Source: Mobula hypostoma (taxonomy: Eukaryota). Taken from it: 64,000 nucleotides of DNA. The stretch spans positions 141,672,001-141,736,000 of the forward strand of contig NC_086097.1 in assembly GCF_963921235.1 (NCBI RefSeq). Direction: 5' to 3'. Numbering within the stretch: position 1 is the stretch's first letter; every line of letters starts with the position of its first letter. Of the stretch, positions 51,371 to 61,514 are shown piece by piece. The notes below the pieces were generated by a model. That model was given only the letters and a program-made list of their open reading frames with translations. It did no database searches and had not been told where the DNA came from. A program made the position numbers and the translations under genes.

Positions 51371-52010
51371 GTGGAAAAAAGTTTGTCAGTTATAAAGAAA
51401 GTGCAGGTAAACACTAATGATAAAAGATCAACTGCATCTGTCACTCATACATTAAAACATACAGTGAAAAGCGTCGTTTGCGTAAAAGACCAGCAAGGGG
51501 CAGCCCGCAACTGTCACCATGTTTCTGGCGACAATACAGCATGCCCGCAATAAGGTGAAAGGTAGATTGTGAGGTTATGAGCCAATCTTATAGTACCAGG
51601 GAACTATTTGATGGTCTTATAACGCGGGGGGAGGGGGGGTGTAGAAACTGTCCTGGAGCTTGGTGATACTTTCTTTCTGGCTTCTGTGCCTTCTACCCAA
51701 TAGAAGTGGGGAGAAGAGAATGATCAGGGTGGTTGAGGTTTTCGATTATATTAGATGTTTTATTGAGGAAGCAAGAATTATAGACAGCAGTCTATAGAGA
51801 CCAGTTTCTGTGATGTGGCTGATGTGTCCACAGTCCTCTGCAATTTCCTGTCATGTGCAGAACAGTTAATATACCAAACCATTATGCAGCCAGATAGGAT
51901 GCTTTCTATGGTGCATCAATAAAAATTGGTAAGGGTCATTGGGAGCATGCCAAATTTCTTTTGTCCTCTGAGAAAATCAGGATGTGGTGAGGGATGATGG
52001 GCAGAAGCTA

Positions 52011-52665
52011 CAATGCCTATAAAAAGTATTCACCTTCCCCCCCCCTTAGAAGTACAAATACAAAACACACATTAATTGATTGCATAGGTATTCACCCCCT
52101 TTAACATGGCACACCAAATCATCACTAGTGCAGCCAATTGGTTCTAGAAGTCACATAGTTAAGGTGTCCTAGCTATATATAAACTTGTGTGCAGTCAAGG
52201 TGTTTCAATTGAATGTAGTAAAAATACACCTGCATCTGGAAGGTCCAACAGCTGGTGAGTCAGTATCCTGGCAAAAACTACACCATGAAGACAAAAGAAC
52301 ACTCCAAGTAACTCCGTGAAAAGGTTATTGAATAGCACAAGTCAAGAGATGGATACAAGAAAATTTCCAAATCACTGAATATCATTGGAGTACAGTTAAG
52401 TCATCATCAAGAAATGGAAAGATTATGGCAAAGCTGTGAAACTGCCTAGAGCAGGATGTCCTCTAAAAATGAATGACCCTGCAAGAAGGGGACTTGTGAG
52501 GGAGGCCACCAAGAGACCTATGACAACTCTGGAGGAATTACAAGCTTCAGTGGCTGAGATGAAAGAGACTGTGCATACAACAACTGTTGTCCAGGTGCTT
52601 CAACCATTGCAGCTTTATGGGAGAGTGGCAAAGAAAAATCCACTGTTGAAAAAAATTCATATGAA
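52011..52665 (+). mobile_element. Tc1 transposon 5' fragment, same family as 1568-3135
   Basis: TA-caatgcctataaaaagtattcac TIR; high similarity to 1750-2290; ARRGLVREATKRPMTTLEELQ. Confidence 0.9.
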
Positions 52666-52671
52666 TTCTAA

Positions 52672-53329
52672 GACAACACACACAAAATGCTGGAGGAACT
52701 CAGAAGGCCAGGCAGCATCTATGGAAAAAAAAAGTACAGTCGACATTTCGGGTCGAAACCCTTAGGCAGGGCACGCAGAAAGTGTGGCACATAGAACCTG
52801 GAGGGAGAGGCAACAGGAGAAACAATCAATTGAATGCGAGTATCTGGGGTCCTCAGAGGGTCCAAATTGAGAAGCTTGAAAATGAGTCTGGAAGCCATGT
52901 GTTACAAACTGGTGGTGAAGACAAGTTCCCAGGAAGGATACATGGCTGCAGTAGTGGGTCTGGATATGCACATGGTCAAAGAGTCGGAGAGAAGCAGAGA
53001 TCACAGAGGAGCAGTGAGAGGGTTTCACTGAACTCCTGTCGATGGGAAGATTTAAACTTCTTCAGGGTCCCTGGAAGAGACTTTACAGTGTAGTAATTCA
53101 ATCACAAACAAGAGAAAATATGCAGATGCTGGAAATCCAAGCAACGTACATAAAATGATGGAGGAACTCAGCAGGCCAGGCAGCATCTATGGAAAAAAGT
53201 AGTCAACATCTTGGCCCGTAACATAGACTGTACTTTTTTTTCCATAGATGCTGCCTGGCCTGCTGAGTTCCTCCAGCATTTTGTTTATGTTGCTTGGTTT
53301 TCCAGCATCTGCAGACTTTCTCTTGTTCG
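52672..53329 (-). mobile_element. Deleted Penelope derivative: putative ORF N-terminal fragment between two direct tail copies, plus an inverted tail copy
   Basis: Tail copies at about 52672-52763 (-), 53105-53215 (-) and 53227-53329 (+); intervening ORF SHVSFLGTCL...FQASQFGPSEDPRYS inferred to be the PLE N-terminus. Confidence 0.65.
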
Positions 53330-55207
53330 AATTCTTTGAGGCAGGATTTACAAGCATTTGAAGCATAATCTGATTAGGGATAGTCCATGTGATTTAGGAG
53401 GACTAGTCATATCTTACGAGCAGCCTCATTGATTTTTTGTGGAAGTAATGAAACATATCGATAAAGGCCAGCAGTGGATGCGGCGTATATGGATTTTAGT
53501 CAACCATTTAACTAGTTCACATGGTAGACTCATTCAGAACTTCACAGCTGGAGGTTTGTGTGGGTGTGTAAGCGAGGTGGTGGGCGTGAGAGGTGGGAAA
53601 GGGACTTGATTTGCTGTTGTTGCTGCTGCTGCTTGTATTGTTCTGTGGAATGTTGTGGGCATACTATATTGATGCTGGAATGTGTAGCAACACTTACAGG
53701 CTGCCCCCAGCACATCATTGGGTGTGCTGGTTGTTAACACAAACAAGACTTTTCATTGTATGTTTCGATGTACATGTGGTAAATAAATCTGAATCTATTG
53801 AAAGAACAAATTTAACCAAATGAATGATTTTTATAACACCTGCAGTGTCATAGGATGTCTTGTTTTTTTCTTTGGAGCTCTCAGACAAAGTTTAAAACTG
53901 TGCACAACACAAGATACTGGGATGTTGGTCCAATAGGGTTGAAACAGTAAATTAAAGGAGGAGGATATTGAAGGATTTAAGGAGGGGTTTATTTCAGGAC
54001 AACTAAAAGTGTGGCTACATATGGTGGGTCATGAAAATACCAATGTGCAAGTGGACAAAACTGGAGAATTGCAAGGATCTCTACAGTTTGGAGGGCTCCA
54101 GATTATTGGGGAGACAAAAAGGGAGTTTTTGCCAAGAATGGGAATTTTTAACCGTAGAAATTGGGGTCAAGCATAAAACAGTGCACAATAGTAACATTGA
54201 ACAGAAGTTCATGGTTGAGAGGAGTTTGAAGAGATATGGTCTGGGTGCAGGTAGATGAGTCTAGATAGAACAGGTCAAAGTGGACTAGGTGGGCAAAGGG
54301 CACAAGACAAATAAATAAATTCATAAATACATTAAGAGTAAGAGGATTATCCAGCGAGAATTGGTCTTACCTGACAAAATAATGATAAATTTGCTGAATG
54401 TCTTTTTCACTGAGGGGAAGAAGATACAATACCAATGAAAGAAAATAATCCCAAAATAATAGAAACATGGGAACTTCCTGTACTCAAAACTGTAAAACAA
54501 AACTTGGCTTTTGAATCCTATACTGAACAATCGCTAATGTCACCTGGTTGCTTAAGCAGAGGAGAGAAAACAGGCTGCCAATATCGGCTTCTGAAAAATG
54601 CCTAGAATCAGCCGTTGAAACAAAATGCTTGAACTGTAAAACAAATATGAGGCTGCTGATGTGACTTTATCAAAAATAAATAATATTGGACTAATCCATA
54701 TAGGAAAATGCATGTTTGGTAACCTAGAATATAAATAGGAAAAAACTGAAGAAGCATTAGGCCTGGTAGCATCTCTGGAAACTAAAACATTACAAATTTT
54801 CTTGTTCATGTCACAATTTAGTAATATTTCAAACCCAGTTGATCAAATTAAAGGAATCATTTTTGCTGTTATCAAAATGGAGTGACATATGGCATTTGCT
54901 AAACTCCACACTGAAATGTATTAAGAAAATTGCAGATTTATGGATTTGCAACTAGCTTTGGTCACAGGTTGCAGGATAGAAGACAGAGGAAGATAAAGTA
55001 TATATAATTTGATCACCAGGATGTGATATTCTCAGGGATCTTAACTGCTTCCTCCTTTCACATTATTTATTAATTATATGGATGAAGGAATACAGAGTAA
55101 AGCAAAAAAAAAAGTGTTGTTTGAAGATGACACCAAATTAGTAAGGAATTGAGGGGCGAGTGAGCAGTACAGTTGTAACAATCATCAAGATGAAGCATAC
55201 ATAATGA

Positions 55208-55747
55208 ACACTCAGTGATAATTATATTAGGAACACCTGGACACCTGTTTGTTATTAGAAATATCTAATCAGCCAATCCGTTGGCAGCAACGCAATGCAT
55301 AAAATCATGAAAGCTTGGTCAAGAGTTTCAGTTGTTGTTCAAAACAAATATTGGAATGGAGAAGAGTTGTGATCCAAGTGATTTTGACCGTGGAATAGTT
55401 GTAAGTGCAGGCAGGACAGTTTGAAACTTCTGATCTTCTGGGATTTTCACACACAACACTCCCCAATGTTTACAGAGAATGGTGTGAAAAACAACAAAAG
55501 AAATCCAGTTCTGGGGATGAAAATGCCTTGTTAATGAGAGAGGTCAGCGGAGAGTGGCCAGACTGGTTCAAGCTGACAGGAAGGCAGCAATAAATCAAAT
55601 AGCCACAGGTTACAACAGTGGTGTGCAGAAGAGCATCTCTGAATGCACAACACATTGAAACAAAGTGAATGGGCAAAAGACCACGAACAGTTATTCAGTA
55701 GCCACCTTATTAGGTGAAGGAGGTCCCTAATAAAGTGGCCACTGAGC
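55208..55747 (+). mobile_element. Non-autonomous Tc1/mariner-type element
   Basis: TIR-like ends cactcagtg..attattagg and cctaataaagtggccactgag; HTH remnant ETSDLLGFSHTTLPNVYREWCEK. Confidence 0.75.
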
Positions 55748-57439
55748 GTCGATTAAAGCTGCACCAGGGAAATGTGTTTGCTAACCATAGAGAAAGAAGA
55801 TTGAGGGAATATTTGATAGATGTGTGAAAGATCACAATGGGTGTAAATAAAGGAAACTGTTTCCCTTAGTATTCTGGTGAAGGACCAGACAACATAAATT
55901 TAAAATCTTGGCCAATGATACAAAGAATGTGAGGGAATTTTGAAATTAAAATACAACTTCCTTTTGGGGAATGAAAATAGAATAAATCATGGATTTCAGA
56001 AGGGAATTGGACAGACAGTTGAGGGATAATTTCTAACCACTTCATATGGGCAATACAGTGGATTAAGTATCTCATATTTTTCTACTGGAAGCTGGCATAA
56101 ATTCAGTGGTGGAGTGGCCTCCTGATTGGTAACAATTCCATTACTTTACTCAGTTATTAAAACCATGATAGCTGAAATGGTTTAAATTGTAGTTCTAAGA
56201 AAGATGAATTGACTATTTTATGAATGATAAGAAACTGAAATCATTATGGAATATTGTTGGTGGAATTTGTATGTTAAATCTGCACTCTGAATCGGTGTTT
56301 AATGTGGGGTGCGTTCACACTCTTAATTATGGCTCAGATTGGAAGTGTACACAAAGAAAATCTTTCATTACAGCATTGGTGAGTTTCTCTAACAAGTCGA
56401 TTTATCCTAGCCCTGTTACAATGTACATTGGGAGCACTTTGAATGAGAACTCAAAGATAATTCATTGTCCCCAAAAATTCCAGTAATTTATCAAATTTGA
56501 GGAACAAGTTACATGCAGATTTCATCACTAATTCACAACAAAAATTGTGATGCAAACCCATCTCCCTTGTGTTGTGTTCAGTTCTGAACACTTCACTATA
56601 TATATATATTGGTCTTGGATGCATGCAACCTTGATTTCTCAGAATGGGGTGAGAAGATTAAACAATGAGGAGTGAATCGATAAATTCCCATGTATGCAAA
56701 AGGTTAAAGATTAATATTAAAGTAGACGCAGCAGAGCAGATGCAGGGAAATTATTTCAGCTGATTGGGAATCAAGAATGAAGAGATATAAACTTTAACTT
56801 AGAACAATGCCACTTGGAGGAAAATCTATGATTCACTGTATCAGACAATTATGTATGCTGAGTCAGTTAGAAGATTCAAGACAACATATTTGTATTTGAT
56901 AACAACATCATGGAAAATAGTATAGAAATTGGTAAAAAAAACAGATCAGCTGTGATATCCCAAAATCACAACTTTAGTATCAAATTTGACCTGAGTTGAG
57001 GTTTGGTCCTCATATTCATGCAGTCACCACAGTTCTGCTTCTGAGTCAGCACATCTGCTGCCGAAATCAGATACCGAGGCTTTGTTATCTCCTTTAATGT
57101 CCAATTAATTCAGGAACTAGTTGTTTGTAAATAAAAAGGGTTTTAGATTGGAAACAGCATTGAATTCAAGGGGATTAAAAAACACCTCTAGTTAGGAGAA
57201 AGTCCAGATAAAACCTTGCAATCTAAAGAACAGATGGCAATTGGAAAGGCTGCAGGGAACCCAGTAATTAATATATTACATTGATATGCCTGGATTCATC
57301 AACTCTGCCAAAATCGTGCATCATCCTAACACCAGGAAACCATTCCTGCAGGGAGGAGAGCTAATCAATGACAGAGGGGTAATCAGCGCCTGCTGGCAGG
57401 AGCACTTTGAGGATTTACAGGGCCATCATAGATGGAGAT

Positions 57440-58290
57440 GAATCCAAGGTGGTGATGAATTGGCCAATAGGAGAGAGATTAAAGATCTGGTTGAGTGGTA
57501 CCAAAACAACATCCTCTCATTCAATGTGAGCAAAACCAAAGAGTTGATTATTATCTATAGGAGAAAAAAAATGGAGAACCATGAGACAGTGCTCTTTAGG
57601 GAAATGGAGATGGAGAGGGTCAATAGATTTAAATTCCTTGGCATCACAATGTCAGAGGATCATTTCCTGAGACCAGTACTGTATATAGGTGTCACCACAA
57701 GGGAAGGAATGACACCACTTCTACTCTCTCATAAGTTTGCACAGCTTTGGCATGTCACCACATACTTTGACCAACTTCTATAGATGCACGGTGGAGAGTA
57801 TTCTAAATGGTTGCATCATGGCTGGTATGGAAATACCAATGCCTAGAAATGGAAAAGTCTATAAGAAGTGGTGGATATAGCCCAGCTTATCACAGGAAAA
57901 GCCCTCCCCACCATTGAGTATACTTACATGGAGAAATGACACAAGAAAACAGCAACCTACCGTCCAGAACATACCCTCTAATTTACTATTGCAACCAGTC
58001 AGGAGGTACAGAAGCCTTAGGTCCCACACAACCAGGTTCAGAACCATCAGGCTCCTGAACCATTATGGATAAGATCAATCACCACTACTCTCAACTGACT
58101 CTATAATCTACAAACTGGCTTTCAAGGACTCTTTTCAACTCTTGTTCCTAGTAAATTTTTATTTGTACAGTTTGTCTTATTTTGCATGTTTGTAGTTTTT
58201 GTTTACCTTTTCATGAAATTCTATTGTATTTCTTTCCTGTAAATACATACAAGAAAATTGTATATGGTAACATGTATATACTTTGATAAT
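57440..58290 (+). mobile_element. Old Rex1/Babar 3' fragment, flanked by very old RTE remnants (about 57340-57420 and 58430-58620)
   Basis: LSFNVSKTKELII, RFKFLGITMSED; flanks translate to WQEHFEDL and KGENSECGNYR. Confidence 0.65.
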
Positions 58291-59462
58291 GAATTTAATC
58301 TGAACATTGAGTTATCCATTACTCTAACCCTGGAAAATCTCAGTGCCATTCCCAATTCAGCTTTAAAATATAGCCTGTTCAGTAATAAAAAAGTATTCAG
58401 TAATAGAAAAGTATTTCTAGCATAAATTCCTATCTTCATCCTCGTCTTTTATGAAGAGAAAGCAACCAGCTATCTGCCATACCCACATCGTGATCATCTT
58501 GGAGAAAGGAGAAAACTCTGAATGTGGGAATTACAGAATGGTGCTCTCCTATCTGCCATGGGCAAAGCCATTATAAGTATCCTCCTCAAACTATCACCTT
58601 CACTGGCTGAAGAGCTCCTCTAGTATTCCTCCAGAGGTACAATGGGCATTCCTACCTGAGAATTAAAAGAACAACATATTAAACAAAATCACCATTTTAA
58701 AATCACCATGGATTTATGATGCCATTAAAACTTTTGACTCTGTTAAAAGAGGAATATGGACAATCTCAAATTTGCTTGTCCATAAGAAGTCCAATATCAT
58801 TCTACGTCTGCTATATAGGCTGGAGTGAAATCAATAACTGTACAGCTTAAAGATCAACTTGTATTGGAGATTGTAAAGAGAAGATTCACTAAGGTGATTA
58901 CTGGAATAAAGGAATTGATGTCTGAAGATAGGTTGATCAGATTGCTTCTTCATTTTTTAGTCTAAATGAATTGTCTGGACCAAAAATGTCAACTGTCCAT
59001 CTCCCTCCATAAATATCTGGCCTGCTGAGTTCCTCCGTTGTTTTGTGTGTTGTTTCAGATTTCAGCATCTGCAGTATCTTATGTCTCAAGGTCATCTCTG
59101 ACATTTTTACTTAAGTGTAAGAAAATATGGACCTTTCACTAAACATCTTTTATGAATGAAAATTGAATTTAGTGGGATATCAAACACGTATGGAGTTAGA
59201 AGGAATGTATGATTAAACTAGATGGAATATTAAATGATATAGAACACCAGTGGAGAAAGAAGAATTTGACACTCCCCTCTCCTCTTTGAACCTTACACCC
59301 TCTGAATTCACTCCCCTCCACTCTCTCTGCACCATTTCCAACCTTACCAGACAAAGGGACTGCTGTTGTAGTGTGGTGGACTGACCTCTACCTTGACGGG
59401 GCCGTGGGCAACTCTCAGACACCTTCTCTTTCTTACTCCTTGAAACGGACTCCAATCTCAAA

Positions 59463-59796
59463 CAATGCTCCCTCTAATTTGTAATGATCAGTGTGCGCAA
59501 AAATCTTGTGCAATTTTTTACCCAGTGACAATAACATGTGTGCACTGAATAATTTCTTCAATAAAAACAGTATAGATAAGCCAGTTCTAAAATCTGCAGA
59601 CAAATTATCACAAACTCCACATTGTCAACACCATCGCATCAGAAACCGGAAAAGGAAATGTGGTTGTGTACGATCGTGAAATATACCTAACATGTCAACA
59701 AGGCAGAGAGTGTCAAGCTTTTGCGTGCAGTTTAAATTTCTTTGTGCACTAGTAGCAAAAGACGTATGCGCGTACACACACCTTAGAGAGAAATTG
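59463..59796. mobile_element. MITE-like element inserted in an old Penelope fragment (about 59270-60770)
   Basis: Imperfect TIRs CAATGCTCCCTCTAA / TTAGAGAGAAATTG; no clear TSD; flanks resemble decayed PLE RT (DKG..VVVW.TDLYL) and 3' UTR. Confidence 0.55.
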
Positions 59797-60508
59797 CTCT
59801 GGGCAACAAGAAAATTGTCTCCAACACCATCACCAACCTCATCAACTCTGGAGAACCCCCATCCACTGACACTTTCCCTTTCTCCCATGGTCCACTCTCC
59901 TCTCCTATCAGGTTCCTTCTTCTCCAGCCCTTTACCTTTTCAGCTCTCCTGGCTTCACCCATCTCCTTCTAGCTAGCACAAGGAAATCTGCAGATGCTGG
60001 AATTTCAGGCAACACACATAAAAGTTGCTGGTGAACGCAGCAGGCCAGGCAGCATCTCCAGGAAAAAGCACATTCCTGACGAAGGGTCTCGGCCCGAAAC
60101 GTCAACTGTACTTCTTCCTAGAGATACTGCCTAGCCTGCTGCGTTCACCAGCAACTTTCATGCGTGTTGCTTGAAATTCCAGCATCTGCAGATTTCCTCG
60201 TGCTAGCTAGAAGGAGATGGGTGAAGCCAGGAGAGCTGAAAAGATGAAGGGCTGGAGAAGAAGGAACCTGATAGGAGAGGAGAGTGGACCATGGGAGAAA
60301 GGGAAAGTGTCAGTGGATGGGGGTTCTCCAGAGTTGATGAGGTTGGTGATGGTGTTGGAGACAATTTTCTTGTTGCCCAGAGCAATTTCTCTCTAAGATG
60401 TGTGTACGCGCACACGTCTTTTGCTACTAGTGCACAAAGAAATTTAAACTGCACACAAAAGATTGACACTCTGTGCCTTGTTGGCATGTTAAGTATATTT
60501 CACGATCG
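59671..60508. repeat. Large inverted repeat (arms about 400 bp) whose spacer is a hammerhead core
   Basis: 59671-60072 mirrors about 60106-60508 (mirror ORFs 59692-59976 + and 60203-60487 -); spacer ttcctgacgaagggtctcggcccgaaacgtcaac. Confidence 0.95.
60076..60103 (+). ncRNA. Hammerhead ribozyme core (intact boxes, native stem I lost)
   Basis: CTGACGA A GGGT CTCG GCCC GAAAC GTC. Confidence 0.7.
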
Positions 60509-61064
60509 AAGGATCTCGGCCCGAAACGTCAACTGTGCTTCTTCCTCAAGATGCTGCCTGGCCTGCTGCATTCACCAGCAACTTTTATGTGTGTTCCTTC
60601 TAGCTAGTCCGCCTTTCCCTCCCCTCCCCCTTTTTATTCTGGTAACTCCCCCCACCCACCCCTTCCTTTCCAGTCCTGAAGATTTGTCTCAGCCAGAGAC
60701 GTCGACTGTTCATTCATTTCCATAGATGGTGCCTGACCTGCTGAGTTCTTCCAGCTTGTGTGTGGGTATTGCTCTGGAATTTAACTGTATTTATACAGGA
60801 ACAAGAAAAAGTAATTAGCCTGGTTGGTTATGGTAAAGAAAGACACAGTAACTGCCGGTGGTTTATTGCTGAGACTTTGTGCAAAATTTACTTGGTTACT
60901 AATTTATTTGGTGGTTAGGCTTTGAACTGTGCAGTGTAATTAAAGGCTTTTGGGAGAGTCGTGTTTATGATCGGAATCTTGCAACAATTTCCATCAATCA
61001 CCTCCATGAAGTTAGCGGCTTTACATCCATTGCTTTTAGTACCGTGGGGATTAACTGAGCCACG

Positions 61065-61250
61065 GCATTGCCCAATCCAGGCAAAGAAACCATAAATATC
61101 GGGCCAACTCCCATATTGGTAACTGAAAGAAAACTACAATTCCCAGCATGGCTCGCAAAACTTACGCTATTTGTCGCTTTGATAACGGATGTTGCGTCCG
61201 GAGGTTAGTTAACTGATATCAGAGTTATCCAATCGGATATCAAGAGAGGT
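61065..61250 (+). promoter_or_regulatory. Housekeeping-type promoter with ZNF143/SBS motif and CCAAT boxes; probable first exon ending at a donor near 61203 or 61248
   Basis: ACTACAATTCCCAGCATG at 61133-61150; CCAAT at about 61072 and ATTGG at about 61115; local CpG enrichment; donors GAG|GTTAGT and GAG|GTAAGG. Confidence 0.7.
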
Positions 61251-61480
61251 AAGGTAACCGACTGCTCGAACCAAAAGGAGGCAAGGATGAAGGTAATAGA
61301 GGGTGGTACATCCGGGATGTGAAGCTGCAGTGTGCAGTTTTGCACAGTTGTGTTTAATTATTTGTGGGATAATAGCATCAAAAAAAAAAGGAATTAGCCT
61401 TTGCATATCAGCAGCAATCTAGAGATTGACCTGGTGTCTTTTGACTATAGCTTGTATTAATATTATTCTGTTATTCACAG

Positions 61481-61514
61481 GAATGAGAGCTAAGTAGGGG
61501 AAATGCTGCTAATG
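61481..61514 (+). other. Candidate exon 2 of an unidentified plus-strand gene, ending in ATG CTG CTA ATG
   Basis: Strong acceptor ttattctgttattcacag and donor ATG|gtgagt; 34 nt; contains a short uORF (ATG AGA GCT AAG TAG). Confidence 0.55.

Noticed and set aside
59625..60725. Pairs of near-identical ORFs on opposite strands as duplicated genes
   Set aside because: They are by-products of the inverted repeat and are built from MITE and PLE sequence.
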